From contig CAJQPE010000076.1 in assembly GCA_905480125.1 (NCBI GenBank), positions 3,306 to 67,305 of the forward strand: 64,000 nucleotides of DNA. The letters run 5' to 3'. Every line of letters begins with the position of its first letter. Within the stretch, counting starts at the first letter, position 1. Below the pieces are notes generated by a model. It was not told where the DNA came from. It worked only from the letters and a program-made list of their open reading frames with translations, and did no database searches. This DNA is from an uncultured Flavobacteriales bacterium (lineage in GTDB: Bacteria; Bacteroidota; Bacteroidia; Flavobacteriales_G; NORP312). The translations under genes and the position numbers were made by a program. Below, in pieces: positions 1 to 10,401 of the stretch.

Positions 1-2
1 CT

Positions 3-1988
3 CACATTGATCCACACATGCTGTTCTTTGTCTTTTTACCTGTATTAATTTTTGAAGCTGCCTTTGCTATGGATTTGCATACCTTCAAAAAATCCGCTGC
101 TAACTCCGTTATTCTTGCCGTTCCAGGAATTATAGTTGCGCTATTGTTAACCGGTTTGCTCGTTTACGCTCTCGACTATTATGATCTAGGTCTTGAAGGT
201 TGGGGAAATTGGAGTTTGGCTTTCATGTTTGGCTCTGTAATTAGTGCAACTGACCCGGTTGCTGTTGTTGCTTTATTAAAAGATCTTGGGGCAAGTAAAA
301 AACTAGGTACCTTAATTGAAGGGGAATCGCTACTTAATGACGGAACTGCCATAGTATTATTTATGGTATTCTTCCTAGGCCTATCTATCGCCCCAGACGA
401 ACAAATTGCGACTAATGGATTTGTCGAATTTCTTAGAGTCGCCTTTGGCGGCATAGCAATTGGGGCTATTGTTGGAATTATCATATTGAAATGGATAAAG
501 AAAGTATTTAACGATGCAATGGTTGAAATTTCCCTTGTTGTTGCTGCGGCATACATAACATTCTATATAGCTGAACATTTCTTGGCCGTTTCTGGTGTGC
601 TGGCACTTGTTGCATTAGGTTTGATATTAGGTGGCCTAGGGCGGTCTAGTATTTCTCCTCAGGTGGAGCACTTTATGCATGAGTTCTGGGAACTTGCCGG
701 ATTTGTTGCTAACTGCTTAATTTTCTTAATTGTTGGATTTGTAATTGCAGAGAGAACCGAATTTACACGTAACGATTTTGCTATGCTAGGAATAATTTAT
801 GTTGGAATTCACATAGTACGGGCAATTGTAATCGCAATGCACTATCCATTTATGAAAAACACAGGGTATGGTCTTCCTATCAAAGACGCTATTGTTGTAT
901 GGTACGGTGCATTGAGAGGTGCCATTGGCCTTGCACTAGCACTTATAGTTATGGGCATTGATGCAACCATTATGTCAGACACTTTAAATAATTTAAACGA
1001 AACAGATACATATACGCCAGAACTTGCAGAAACCATTAAAAATCAATTCTTATTCCTCATTGCTGGCACAGTTACATTAACACTTTTGGTTAATGCCACA
1101 ACAATTAAATTTTTGGTAGAATATTTAGGCTTGCTTGATGTCGCTCCTGCAAAGCAGCAGATGATATACAACGCTAACCAAAATCTTAAGGAAAGTGTAG
1201 AAATGCAAATGGGATCGATTCAATCTGACAGATACCTAAAAAAAGCAGACTGGGAAAAAGTATCAGACTATATACCAAGTATTTCAGAAATCAGTGATGA
1301 TGTTAAAAACGCAAAGCTTGAAACTATTTCAGAAACAAGAAGAAGACTTCTTGAAAAAGAAAAAAGTAGTTATTGGCGACAGTTTAAAGATGGCCTTCTA
1401 GGAGGAGAAGCGGTTGAAGGTTTAAGTAATGGAATTAATGACTTACTTGATGCAGGTGGGAACAGGGCTCTTTCAGATAGAGATGATTTAGAAGAATCAT
1501 GGGAAGCCCCGAAATGGATGCAGAAAATTGCAAAAACACCGGGTTTAAAAAGCTGGGGAGAAAGTATGCTTTTAAATAGATTATCAAAAAGTTATGATTC
1601 GGCCGTAGGATTCATTACTGCCCAAAATGATTGTGGTGCTCTTCTCGAAAGTATTGGTAAAGGAAGTGAGGTTCCAACTGAAGAAATTGCAGCTATTGAA
1701 GAAGAAATTAACGAAAATAGGATTCATGGGCAAGCTTTCGTTAGAAACCTGAGAAAGAATTACCCGGACATTTACGTTGCTATTTCAACACAGCAAGCCA
1801 TTAGAAATCTTCTGAATTATGAAAAGTCATCTATTGATGGCCTGAAGAAAAAAGGAAGAATCGATGATGGAGAGGCTGATAAAATGCTTAATGATCTAAA
1901 AGAACGATCAAAAAGACTTATCGAATCTCCACCTAAAATTGAGCATACAGAGCCAAAGAAAAAAAAGAAAAACCCCATAGAAGAATAG
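3..1988 (+). CDS. CPA1 Na+/H+ antiporter, SOS1/NhaP-like with long cytoplasmic C-terminal domain (5' partial)
   Basis: Frame is open to the window edge (HIDPHMLFFVFLP...). Motifs SATDPVAV, EGESLLNDG and GALRGAIGLAL; about 12 TM helices followed by a roughly 290-aa hydrophilic helical tail. Confidence 0.9.
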   Translation, partial: HIDPHMLFFVFLPVLIFEAAFAMDLHTFKKSAANSVILAVPGIIVALLLTGLLVYALDYYDLGLEGWGNWSLAFMFGSVISATDPVAVVALLKDLGASKKLGTLIEGESLLNDGTAIVLFMVFFLGLSIAPDEQIATNGFVEFLRVAFGGIAIGAIVGIIILKWIKKVFNDAMVEISLVVAAAYITFYIAEHFLAVSGVLALVALGLILGGLGRSSISPQVEHFMHEFWELAGFVANCLIFLIVGFVIAERTEFTRNDFAMLGIIYVGIHIVRAIVIAMHYPFMKNTGYGLPIKDAIVVWYGALRGAIGLALALIVMGIDATIMSDTLNNLNETDTYTPELAETIKNQFLFLIAGTVTLTLLVNATTIKFLVEYLGLLDVAPAKQQMIYNANQNLKESVEMQMGSIQSDRYLKKADWEKVSDYIPSISEISDDVKNAKLETISETRRRLLEKEKSSYWRQFKDGLLGGEAVEGLSNGINDLLDAGGNRALSDRDDLEESWEAPKWMQKIAKTPGLKSWGESMLLNRLSKSYDSAVGFITAQNDCGALLESIGKGSEVPTEEIAAIEEEINENRIHGQAFVRNLRKNYPDIYVAISTQQAIRNLLNYEKSSIDGLKKKGRIDDGEADKMLNDLKERSKRLIESPPKIEHTEPKKKKKNPIEE

Positions 1989-2016
1989 GGATCCCAATAA
2001 ACAAAAAGACTGCTAA

Positions 2017-3240
2017 TTAGTTGTCTTTTTGTTTAAATACCTTTTTTATTATAAAATCCGTTGCACCAATCTTTTCCAGAACAAATTGAAGAGAGTATTG
2101 ACTTGTTTCAGAACAAAATAATTCGTCATTCAACAATCTCTTTGCGTACTTTTTAAAGTCCGTAAAGTTAGCAACACTTTTTCCTCCACCTGCATCTTCC
2201 AATTCTAATGCTTCTGGAAACTTAGCATGATTATTTCCATAAATAACAGGAACGCCATAAGCCGCCGGTTCTAAGATATTATGAAGTGCGTTAGTAAAAC
2301 CTCCGCCAACAAATGCAATATCTGCATATCGGTAAATTGACGACAACAAACCAATATTATCGACTAGCATTATATCAGACGCTTGGTTCGAATAATTAGT
2401 ATATCTTACAATAGACTTGTTAAATAACTGTTCTATTTCTAACAAATGTCTTTCTGAAATATCGTGAGGAGCAATTACTACTCTACAATTCAACAATAAG
2501 TCCGTTTCCATGATAAATTTTTTCATCATTTTTTCTTCCCTTTTCCATGAACTACCAAGTACTATCAACTTTTTAGCGCTCTTAAACTGCTCTATTTTGT
2601 GATTTACTCTTTCTTCTCTTGCGAATTTAAACACCCTATCGAATCTTGTATCTCCTGATAAGTGAATGTTATCGAATCCTACCCCAAGAAGCAAGTTTTT
2701 TGAACTTTCGTTTTGCACAAACATACCATCTGTAGACTTTAACACTGACCTGAATGACTTCGAAAATGAGCTAAATAAAAAGTGATTCTTTGTTACAGTA
2801 ACAGATATAAAATACGTTTTGATATTTCTATTTTTGAGCTCAATAAGGTGATTAAACCAAAACTCATACTTCACAAATATTGCAATTTCTGGATTTATTA
2901 GATCGATAAATTCGACTGCGTTCTTCTTCGTATCTAGAGGCAGATAAACGACATCATCAACAATATTTTTCTGACTGATAATATCATATCCACTAGGCGA
3001 AAAAAAACTGACAATAATGTTATTTGACGGAAACTGTTGTTGAACTTCTTCAATAACAGGCAAAGCCTGTTCAAACTCCCCCAACGAGGAGCAATGTATC
3101 CAAACACTTTTTTTGTCAGATCTATTTGTGTTTGTTCTTCTTCCGTTTATCCACTTTTTTGCCTTTTCATTTCCCAATAGGGCAGAAAGATTTATAGCCC
3201 AACCATAAATCTGAATAAAACATGAATAAACCGTTATCAT
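2017..3240 (-). CDS. waaA: 3-deoxy-D-manno-octulosonic acid (Kdo) transferase
   Basis: WIHCSSLGEF, YLPLD, GDTRFDRV, FVGGGF...HNILEPAAYG motifs. Confidence 0.93.
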   Translation of the reverse strand: MITVYSCFIQIYGWAINLSALLGNEKAKKWINGRRTNTNRSDKKSVWIHCSSLGEFEQALPVIEEVQQQFPSNNIIVSFFSPSGYDIISQKNIVDDVVYLPLDTKKNAVEFIDLINPEIAIFVKYEFWFNHLIELKNRNIKTYFISVTVTKNHFLFSSFSKSFRSVLKSTDGMFVQNESSKNLLLGVGFDNIHLSGDTRFDRVFKFAREERVNHKIEQFKSAKKLIVLGSSWKREEKMMKKFIMETDLLLNCRVVIAPHDISERHLLEIEQLFNKSIVRYTNYSNQASDIMLVDNIGLLSSIYRYADIAFVGGGFTNALHNILEPAAYGVPVIYGNNHAKFPEALELEDAGGGKSVANFTDFKKYAKRLLNDELFCSETSQYSLQFVLEKIGATDFIIKKVFKQKDN

Positions 3241-3998
3241 TAATAAAAATAATATTCCCTAGGTATTTTCTTATAAAGCGGAAAACTCCATCCAAATCGA
3301 AACCCAGTAAGCATATCGAACCTCTGTTCACTTTCTAATCCCATTAAATCAATATTGTATGACCTCCGATTTTTTGTATATGCTTCAACTATTTCGAGCT
3401 CCACAAAAAAATTAATCATTCGAGAATTACTTAATAAACGATAACCAATTGTTTGACTTATCGCCAAACCATTTGTTAATCTATCGTAACCATGCAAATA
3501 CTCATCTCTTAGCTGCGGAACATCATCATTCACAACATCAATTTTTATCTTATGCTGCAACATGCCTACTCCGCCCATAAAATAAAACCCACTATTATTA
3601 TTCGGAGACAAAACCGCAAACTGCTTTCCGAAGTGCAATTGCAAAGTATAACCTCTTTCGTATAATCTTACATCACTATATATTCCCTCATTATTTATGA
3701 TATAACCCTGTTCAGTAGTTACTTCGGATAAGATATTTGTTTCCTTTAAGCTATTTCCGAACAAAAAGTTACCGCTAATACCATATACAAAGCTTTGCCT
3801 GTCCTTTACAATAACTGAACCCCCAACAGCAGAATTATTACCAAACCTATTTTTTAGATCACCTTCTGGCAATTGAAATGTATAGGAAGCACTAATTAAT
3901 GGAGCAAAAATTATCGAATCTCTTACATTCGTTTGGCCCAATAAACCTAAAGAAAAGAATAGAAATAGAATCGCTAGAAAATTGAATTTTACCCCCAT
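3240..3998 (-). CDS. Hypothetical secreted protein, probable outer-membrane beta-barrel
   Basis: Signal peptide (MGVKFNFLAILFLFFSLGLLG), amphipathic beta-strand pattern, aromatic C-terminus. Start moved to ATG 3998 because a TATGTTTG -7 element at 4005-4012 overlaps the track start. Confidence 0.65.
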   Translation of the reverse strand: MGVKFNFLAILFLFFSLGLLGQTNVRDSIIFAPLISASYTFQLPEGDLKNRFGNNSAVGGSVIVKDRQSFVYGISGNFLFGNSLKETNILSEVTTEQGYIINNEGIYSDVRLYERGYTLQLHFGKQFAVLSPNNNSGFYFMGGVGMLQHKIKIDVVNDDVPQLRDEYLHGYDRLTNGLAISQTIGYRLLSNSRMINFFVELEIVEAYTKNRRSYNIDLMGLESEQRFDMLTGFRFGWSFPLYKKIPREYYFY

Positions 3999-4004
3999 AA
4001 GATG

Positions 4005-4012
4005 CAAACATA
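4005..4012 (-). promoter_or_regulatory. Bacteroidota sigma-A -7 element TATGTTTG
   Basis: Exact TAnnTTTG match just upstream of ATG 3998. Confidence 0.55.
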
Positions 4013-4073
4013 ATACCCTTAAATTTATTTACAAAATTAACTATATTCGCACACTTGCTAGATTTTGAATAAA

Positions 4074-5204
4074 ATGAGCGACATCCAAATGGTTGACCTA
4101 AAAGGTCAGTATAGTAAAATCCAACAACAGGTTGACACTTCGATCTTAAATGTGGTAAAATCTGGTGCTTTTATTAATGGCCCGCAGGTATCTGAATTTG
4201 CGATAGAATTACAAAACTACCTCTCCGTTAAACATGTAATCCCATGTGCTAACGGCACTGATGCGCTTCAAATTTCATTAATGGCACTTGGGCTTAAACC
4301 AGGGGATGAGGTTATTACTCCTAGCTTTACATACATTGCTACTGTTGAAGTTATGGCTCTTCTAGGTTTAGTTCCTAAATTTATTGAGGTAACCCCTGAA
4401 ACGTTTAACATTGATGTAAGTCAATTAGAAAGCTTAATCTCACCCAAAACGAAAGCAATAGTTCCTGTTCATTTATATGGGCAATGTGCCCACATGGAGG
4501 AAATATTAAAAATCGCTAATACTTATAATTTACCAGTTGTTGAGGACACCGCGCAGGCAATTGGTGCAGATTATACTTTCTCTAACGGAACTACAAAAAA
4601 AGCTGGAACCATCGGAACAATTGGCTGTACCTCATTTTTTCCATCTAAAAATTTAGGTTGTTATGGTGATGGGGGAGCGATTTTCACAAACGACAGCGAA
4701 TTAGCTAAAAAACTGAAAATGTGCGCAAACCACGGACAATCAATTAAATATCATCATGATATTATTGGCGTTAACTCACGATTAGATACTTTACAAGCTG
4801 CAATATTGAAAGTTAAGTTACCATATCTAGATGAATACACTGGTGCAAGAAATAAAGCAGCAAATTATTATACTAAAAGTCTAAGTAGCGTAAACAGAAT
4901 AATTACACCAAAAACTGCGGCTAACAGCACGCACGCCTTTCATCAATATACGCTAAAACTAGATGGAATTGACCAAACAGAACTAAGGAAGTATTTATCT
5001 TCGAAAGGAATTCCTACTAATGTTTATTACCCTATTCCTGTACATTTGCAAAAAGGGTATTCTTATTTAGGTTACAAAAAAGGAGATTTACCATTAACTG
5101 AGCATTTATGCCAAAATACTGTATCAATACCTATTCATACGGAAATGAATAATGATATCCAAGATACTATTTGTGGTGCAATCAAAGATTACTTACAGAA
5201 CTAA
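4074..5204 (+). CDS. DegT/DnrJ/EryC1/StrS PLP-dependent sugar aminotransferase (WbpE/PorR-like)
   Basis: ANGTDAL, PVHLYGQ, EDTAQA, SFFPSKNLGCYGDGG (PLP lysine), NSRLD. Confidence 0.92.
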   Translation: MSDIQMVDLKGQYSKIQQQVDTSILNVVKSGAFINGPQVSEFAIELQNYLSVKHVIPCANGTDALQISLMALGLKPGDEVITPSFTYIATVEVMALLGLVPKFIEVTPETFNIDVSQLESLISPKTKAIVPVHLYGQCAHMEEILKIANTYNLPVVEDTAQAIGADYTFSNGTTKKAGTIGTIGCTSFFPSKNLGCYGDGGAIFTNDSELAKKLKMCANHGQSIKYHHDIIGVNSRLDTLQAAILKVKLPYLDEYTGARNKAANYYTKSLSSVNRIITPKTAANSTHAFHQYTLKLDGIDQTELRKYLSSKGIPTNVYYPIPVHLQKGYSYLGYKKGDLPLTEHLCQNTVSIPIHTEMNNDIQDTICGAIKDYLQN

Positions 5205-5216
5205 AAAGACAAATTT

Positions 5217-6533
5217 ATGAAGTTTGCAGTTGTAGGAACAGGTTATGTTGGTTTAGTAACAGGAACTTGTTTTGCCGAAACAGGTGTAGATGTCGTGTGC
5301 GTTGACATTGACGAAGAAAAAGTTAATAAAATGAAAGCGGGCATTGTACCAATTTATGAACCTCACTTAGACGCTATATTCGAAAGAAACATAAAACAAG
5401 GTCGGCTAAAGTTTACCACTGAATTAAAAAGTGCTATTGAAGGTGCCAGTGTTGTTTTCTTAGCTTTACCAACGCCTCCTGGAGAAGACGGAAGCGCAGA
5501 TTTATCTTATATTTTGGGAGTAGCAGAGAAGCTTGGACCAATGTTAACTGATTATAAAGTTATTGTTAACAAGAGTACGGTGCCTGTTGGTACCGCCCAA
5601 AAAGTATCAGCAGCCATTAAAGCAAGTACTTCTACTGAATTTGATGTCGTGTCAAACCCGGAATTTCTTCGAGAAGGTTTTGCAGTAGATGACTTCATGA
5701 AACCCGACCGGGTTGTTATCGGAACAAGCTCTGATAGAGCAAGGAAGATTATGGAAGATATTTACAAGCCATTTGTTCGTCAAGGTAACCCAATAATTTG
5801 TATGGATGAAGCCTCCTCAGAATTAACTAAATATGCTGCAAATTCATTCCTCGCAACAAAAATCACATTTATGAACGAGATTGCCAATATTTGTGAAAAA
5901 GTAGGGGCTAATGTTGATCAGGTCCGTGCTGGAATTGGCTCCGACACACGTATCGGGAAACGATTTCTTTTCCCAGGAATTGGTTATGGCGGAAGTTGTT
6001 TTCCTAAAGATGTTCTAGCGTTAGAAAAATCCGCTTCTCAAGTGGGATATGATTTTAAAATTTTAAAATCGGTTATGGAAGTTAACTCCTACCAAAAAAC
6101 TGTAATTGTTCCCAAAATCAAAAATCATTTCAAAAACGATTTAAAAGGGAAAAAAATAGCGATATGGGGCTTAGCATTTAAACCCGATACAGATGATATT
6201 CGAGAAGCTCCTTCACTTTATATTATTAACGAATTACTTAAAGAAGGTGCCCATATCAAAGCTTACGACCCAGAAGCGATGAACAATGTTAAAGCACTTT
6301 TTGGAGATAAAATTAGCTACGCACTAAACCATTATGATGCTATTGAAAATGCAGACGCTTTGGTTATCAATACTGAATGGTCAGTTTTTAGAACGCCTGA
6401 TTTTTCATTAGTTTCTGAAAAACTGAACAACAAACTTATCTTTGATGGACGAAATTTATACGACACATCATCTATGAAAAAACTTGGTTACACTTATTAT
6501 AGTATTGGCCGAGAAAATGTTAGTAGCACATGA
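5217..6533 (+). CDS. ugd: UDP-glucose 6-dehydrogenase
   Basis: [44 protein letters not shown]. Confidence 0.95.
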   Translation: MKFAVVGTGYVGLVTGTCFAETGVDVVCVDIDEEKVNKMKAGIVPIYEPHLDAIFERNIKQGRLKFTTELKSAIEGASVVFLALPTPPGEDGSADLSYILGVAEKLGPMLTDYKVIVNKSTVPVGTAQKVSAAIKASTSTEFDVVSNPEFLREGFAVDDFMKPDRVVIGTSSDRARKIMEDIYKPFVRQGNPIICMDEASSELTKYAANSFLATKITFMNEIANICEKVGANVDQVRAGIGSDTRIGKRFLFPGIGYGGSCFPKDVLALEKSASQVGYDFKILKSVMEVNSYQKTVIVPKIKNHFKNDLKGKKIAIWGLAFKPDTDDIREAPSLYIINELLKEGAHIKAYDPEAMNNVKALFGDKISYALNHYDAIENADALVINTEWSVFRTPDFSLVSEKLNNKLIFDGRNLYDTSSMKKLGYTYYSIGRENVSST

Positions 6534-7516
6534 AAAGAATACTTATAACTGGTGCCGCTGGTTTTTTGGGTTCTCACCTATGTGATTACTTTATAAAAAA
6601 AAACTACCATGTTATTGGCATGGACAATCTAATTACTGGGAAGCTAGAAAATATCGAACATCTATTTCCTTTGGAAAACTTTGAGTTTTATAATCACGAT
6701 GTTTCCAAATTTGTTCATGTTGCTGGGAAGCTAGATTATATTCTTCATTTTGCTTCGCCTGCAAGCCCAATAGATTATCTGAAAATCCCTATACAGACGT
6801 TAAAAGTTAGTTCTTTGGGTATCCATAATTTACTTGGATTAGCTAAAAACAAAAAAGCTAGAATTCTTATTGCCTCTACCTCAGAAGTATACGGTGATCC
6901 ACTTATTCACCCACAAACGGAAGAATATTGGGGTAATGTAAACCCAATTGGGCCAAGAGGTGTTTATGATGAGGCAAAACGTTTCCAAGAAGCAATTACA
7001 ATGGCCTATCACACCTATCACAATATCGAAACTAGAATTGTTAGAATCTTTAACACATATGGCCCGCGAATGAGATTAAATGATGGACGGGTTCTTCCTG
7101 CATTTATTGGCCAAGCTTTGAGAGGAGAAGACCTTACTATCTTTGGAGATGGGAAACAAACTCGTTCGTTTTGTTTCGTTGATGATTTGGTTGACGGGAT
7201 CTACAAATTACTTCATAGTGATTATCCATTACCAGTAAATATTGGAAATCCAGATGAAATAACAATTGGAGAATTTGCTGAAGAAATAATAAAACTTACC
7301 GGAACATCCCAAAAAGTGATTTACAAAGAATTACCTAAAGATGATCCCCTGCAGCGTCAGCCGCACATATCTAAAGCTCAAGAAATACTAAACTGGGAAC
7401 CGAAAATAGCTCGAGCAGAAGGGCTAAAAATAACCTACGATTATTTCAGATCACTTTCAGATGAAGAATTGTATCGAAAAGACCATAATAATTTCGAAAA
7501 ATACATAGTTAAATAA
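6530..7516 (+). CDS. uxs: UDP-glucuronate decarboxylase (UDP-xylose synthase)
   Basis: [55 protein letters not shown]. Confidence 0.93.
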   Translation: MKRILITGAAGFLGSHLCDYFIKKNYHVIGMDNLITGKLENIEHLFPLENFEFYNHDVSKFVHVAGKLDYILHFASPASPIDYLKIPIQTLKVSSLGIHNLLGLAKNKKARILIASTSEVYGDPLIHPQTEEYWGNVNPIGPRGVYDEAKRFQEAITMAYHTYHNIETRIVRIFNTYGPRMRLNDGRVLPAFIGQALRGEDLTIFGDGKQTRSFCFVDDLVDGIYKLLHSDYPLPVNIGNPDEITIGEFAEEIIKLTGTSQKVIYKELPKDDPLQRQPHISKAQEILNWEPKIARAEGLKITYDYFRSLSDEELYRKDHNNFEKYIVK

Positions 7517-8091
7517 TGGGGTATTTTGCACATGAATCGGCAATTATAGATGATGGATGCCACATCGAAAATGGAGTAAAAATTTGGCACTTCTCACATA
7601 TTATGACCAACTGTAAAATAGGTCAAAACTGTAATATTGGACAAAATTGCGTTATATCACCAGATGTCATTTTAGGAAAAAATGTTAAAATACAAAACAA
7701 CGTGTCAATATATACGGGCGTCACTTGTGAAGATGATGTTTTTTTGGGACCTTCAATGGTTTTTACCAATGTAATTAATCCTAGAAGCGCCATAAATAGA
7801 AGAGGTGACTATTCTGAAACTATTGTGCGAAAAGGAGTTAGTATTGGGGCAAATGCAACAATTGTATGCGGAAATAATATTGGTGAGTATGCATTTATTG
7901 GTGCGGGGGCCGTTGTTACCAAAGAAGTTCCTCCTTATGCACTCTTAGTAGGAAACCCTGCAAAACAAATTGGATGGATTAGCGAATATGGTCACAAATT
8001 AAATTTTAATGAAGATGGAATCGCGTATTGTCAGGAAAGTAAACAACAATATACTTTAAGTGAAAATTCCGTTAAAAAAATTAGTATATGA
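7516..8091 (+). CDS. wbpD: Hexapeptide-repeat N-acetyltransferase, WbpD-like
   Basis: KIWHFSHI, KIQNNVSIYTGV, FLGPSMVFTNVINPRS, VGNPAKQIGW. Confidence 0.85.
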   Translation: MGYFAHESAIIDDGCHIENGVKIWHFSHIMTNCKIGQNCNIGQNCVISPDVILGKNVKIQNNVSIYTGVTCEDDVFLGPSMVFTNVINPRSAINRRGDYSETIVRKGVSIGANATIVCGNNIGEYAFIGAGAVVTKEVPPYALLVGNPAKQIGWISEYGHKLNFNEDGIAYCQESKQQYTLSENSVKKISI

Positions 8092-9104
8092 GTAAAGAAA
8101 AAATAAAATTCGCCGTTGTTGGATGTGGTCATATTGGCAAAAGACACGCCACAATGATTTCTAACAATGCAGAATCAGAATTGGTTGCCTTATGCGATGT
8201 ACTCCCTAGGAAAGAATTAAATTTAGGTGACCTAAATGGCGTTGACTTATTTTCAAGTCTAGATGATTTATTAAACAGTGATTTAGAATTTGATGTCCTC
8301 AATATTTGTACGCCTAATGGACTTCATTCAGAGCAAGCGATATTGGCATTAGACAAAAACAAACATATAGTTGTAGAAAAACCAATTGGTTTATCTAAAG
8401 CCAAATGTGAGCACGTGATTTATAAGGCACTTCGAAATCATAAACAGGTGTTTGCTGTTATGCAAAATCGATACTCACCCCCATCAGTTTGGCTTAAAAA
8501 TATTGTGGAAGAAAAAATTATCGGTGATGTTTTTATTGTGCAAGTGAATTGCTATTGGAACAGAGACGCAAGGTATTACAAATCTGGAGGATGGAAAGGA
8601 ACTTCAGATTTAGATGGTGGAACTTTGTTTACTCAATTTTCTCATTTTATCGACATAATGTACTGGTTATGTGGTGACATAAATAACATTCAGGGTAAAT
8701 TTAACGACTTTACACATAAAGATTCTACTGCCTTTGAGGATTCGGGTCTAGTAACATTTGACTTTGTAGATGGAGGGATGGGGTGTTTAAATTATTCTAC
8801 GGCAATTTGGGATAAAAATTTGGAAAGCAGTATTACGATAATCGGAAGTAAAGGAAGCGTAAAAGTAGGTGGGCAATACATGAACGAGGTTGAATATTGT
8901 CACATTGATGGTTATGAAATGCCAGAACTTGAACCTAGCAACCCACCTAACGATTATGGGCAATACAAAGGTTCGGCCGCTAATCATCACTATATCATAG
9001 AGAATGTTGTCGACTCATTAAAAGGCAGAACTACAGCAACTACAAATGCTCTAGAAGGTTTGAAAGTTGTTGAAATTATTGAAAGAATTTACGCATTAAG
9101 ATAA
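8088..9104 (+). CDS. wbpB: Gfo/Idh/MocA oxidoreductase, WbpB-like sugar 3-dehydrogenase
   Basis: GCGHIG, CTPNGLH, VEKP, QNRY, WNRDARYY, and context with WbpD-like and WbpE-like genes. Confidence 0.8.
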   Translation: MSKEKIKFAVVGCGHIGKRHATMISNNAESELVALCDVLPRKELNLGDLNGVDLFSSLDDLLNSDLEFDVLNICTPNGLHSEQAILALDKNKHIVVEKPIGLSKAKCEHVIYKALRNHKQVFAVMQNRYSPPSVWLKNIVEEKIIGDVFIVQVNCYWNRDARYYKSGGWKGTSDLDGGTLFTQFSHFIDIMYWLCGDINNIQGKFNDFTHKDSTAFEDSGLVTFDFVDGGMGCLNYSTAIWDKNLESSITIIGSKGSVKVGGQYMNEVEYCHIDGYEMPELEPSNPPNDYGQYKGSAANHHYIIENVVDSLKGRTTATTNALEGLKVVEIIERIYALR

Positions 9105-10400
9105 ATGATTATGTACAAAAAATTGATAAATAAAGAGGCTAAATTAGCTGTTATCGGCCTAGGCTATGTAGGTTTACCCATAGCATTAGAATTTGCAAAA
9201 CATATAAATGTTGTGGGCTTTGACATCAATCAAAAAAGAGTTGATTTGATGAAAAGCAACATCGACCCTAGTAACGAGCTTGAGGCTAAAGACTTCGAAG
9301 GCTGCGATATACAATTTACATCCAATATTGACGACTTACGGGATGTGAAGTTTTTTATTGTTGCTGTTCCTACTCCAATTGACGGAAGTAACGAGCCTGA
9401 TATTAGACCTCTAATTGGTGCATCAACAACTGTTGGAAAGGTTCTAAAAAAAGGAGATTATGTTGTTTACGAATCTACAGTATATCCTGGGTGTACTGAA
9501 GATGATTGTATTCCTGTCTTAGAAAAAGTATCTGGATTGAAGTGGAAGGAAGATTTTAATATTGGTTATTCCCCTGAAAGAATAAACCCAGGTGACAAAG
9601 TCCATACCTTATCAAGCATTGTTAAAGTTGCGTCTGGAGACACCCCAGAATCTTTAGAAAATATTGCTAAAACGTATGAACTAGTTGTAAAGGCTGGAGT
9701 TCATAGAGCTGCTACTATTAAAGTGGCCGAAGCAGCTAAAATTATTGAAAATACACAACGTGATGTAAATATCGCACTAATGAATGAACTTTCAATAATT
9801 TTTGGGCGAATGGGCATCAATACGTTTGACGTACTTGAAGCTGCAGGCACGAAATGGAACTTCCTCAATTTTTTTCCTGGCCTAGTAGGTGGGCATTGTA
9901 TTGGTGTTGATCCTTACTACCTGACTCACAAAGCCAAATCTTTGGGTTATCACGCCAAAATCATCAATTCTGGAAGATATGTCAATGACACTATGGGTTT
10001 TTATGTTGCTAAATCTTGTGTTAAACGGATATTAGCCAAAGGAAAAAGTATTATTGACTCAAGAATATTAATAATGGGAGCTACCTTTAAAGAAGACGTT
10101 AGCGATATTAGGAACTCTAAAGTAATCGATGTAATTAAAGAATTTGAATCTTTTTCTTGCGATGTTGAAATAGTAGACGCCCATGCCAATAAAGATGAGT
10201 TCAAACATGAATACGGGTACGATTTAAAAGATGCGCCTACCGGCAAGTATGATGCCGTTATAGTTGCTGTTGACCACAAGGAATACAAAGGCTTAAAAGA
10301 GGACTATTTTATCAATATCTTAACCGATATCGGTGAATTTGTTGATTTAAAAGGTATTTACCGAGATAAATTCACCTCAGTTAACTATTGGAGCTTATAA
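9105..10400 (+). CDS. UDP-N-acetylhexosamine 6-dehydrogenase (WbpO/TviB/WbpA family)
   Basis: GLGYVGLP, YESTVYPG, YSPERINPGD, GLVGGHCIGVDPYYL. Confidence 0.9.
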   Translation: MIMYKKLINKEAKLAVIGLGYVGLPIALEFAKHINVVGFDINQKRVDLMKSNIDPSNELEAKDFEGCDIQFTSNIDDLRDVKFFIVAVPTPIDGSNEPDIRPLIGASTTVGKVLKKGDYVVYESTVYPGCTEDDCIPVLEKVSGLKWKEDFNIGYSPERINPGDKVHTLSSIVKVASGDTPESLENIAKTYELVVKAGVHRAATIKVAEAAKIIENTQRDVNIALMNELSIIFGRMGINTFDVLEAAGTKWNFLNFFPGLVGGHCIGVDPYYLTHKAKSLGYHAKIINSGRYVNDTMGFYVAKSCVKRILAKGKSIIDSRILIMGATFKEDVSDIRNSKVIDVIKEFESFSCDVEIVDAHANKDEFKHEYGYDLKDAPTGKYDAVIVAVDHKEYKGLKEDYFINILTDIGEFVDLKGIYRDKFTSVNYWSL

Positions 10401-10401
10401 T

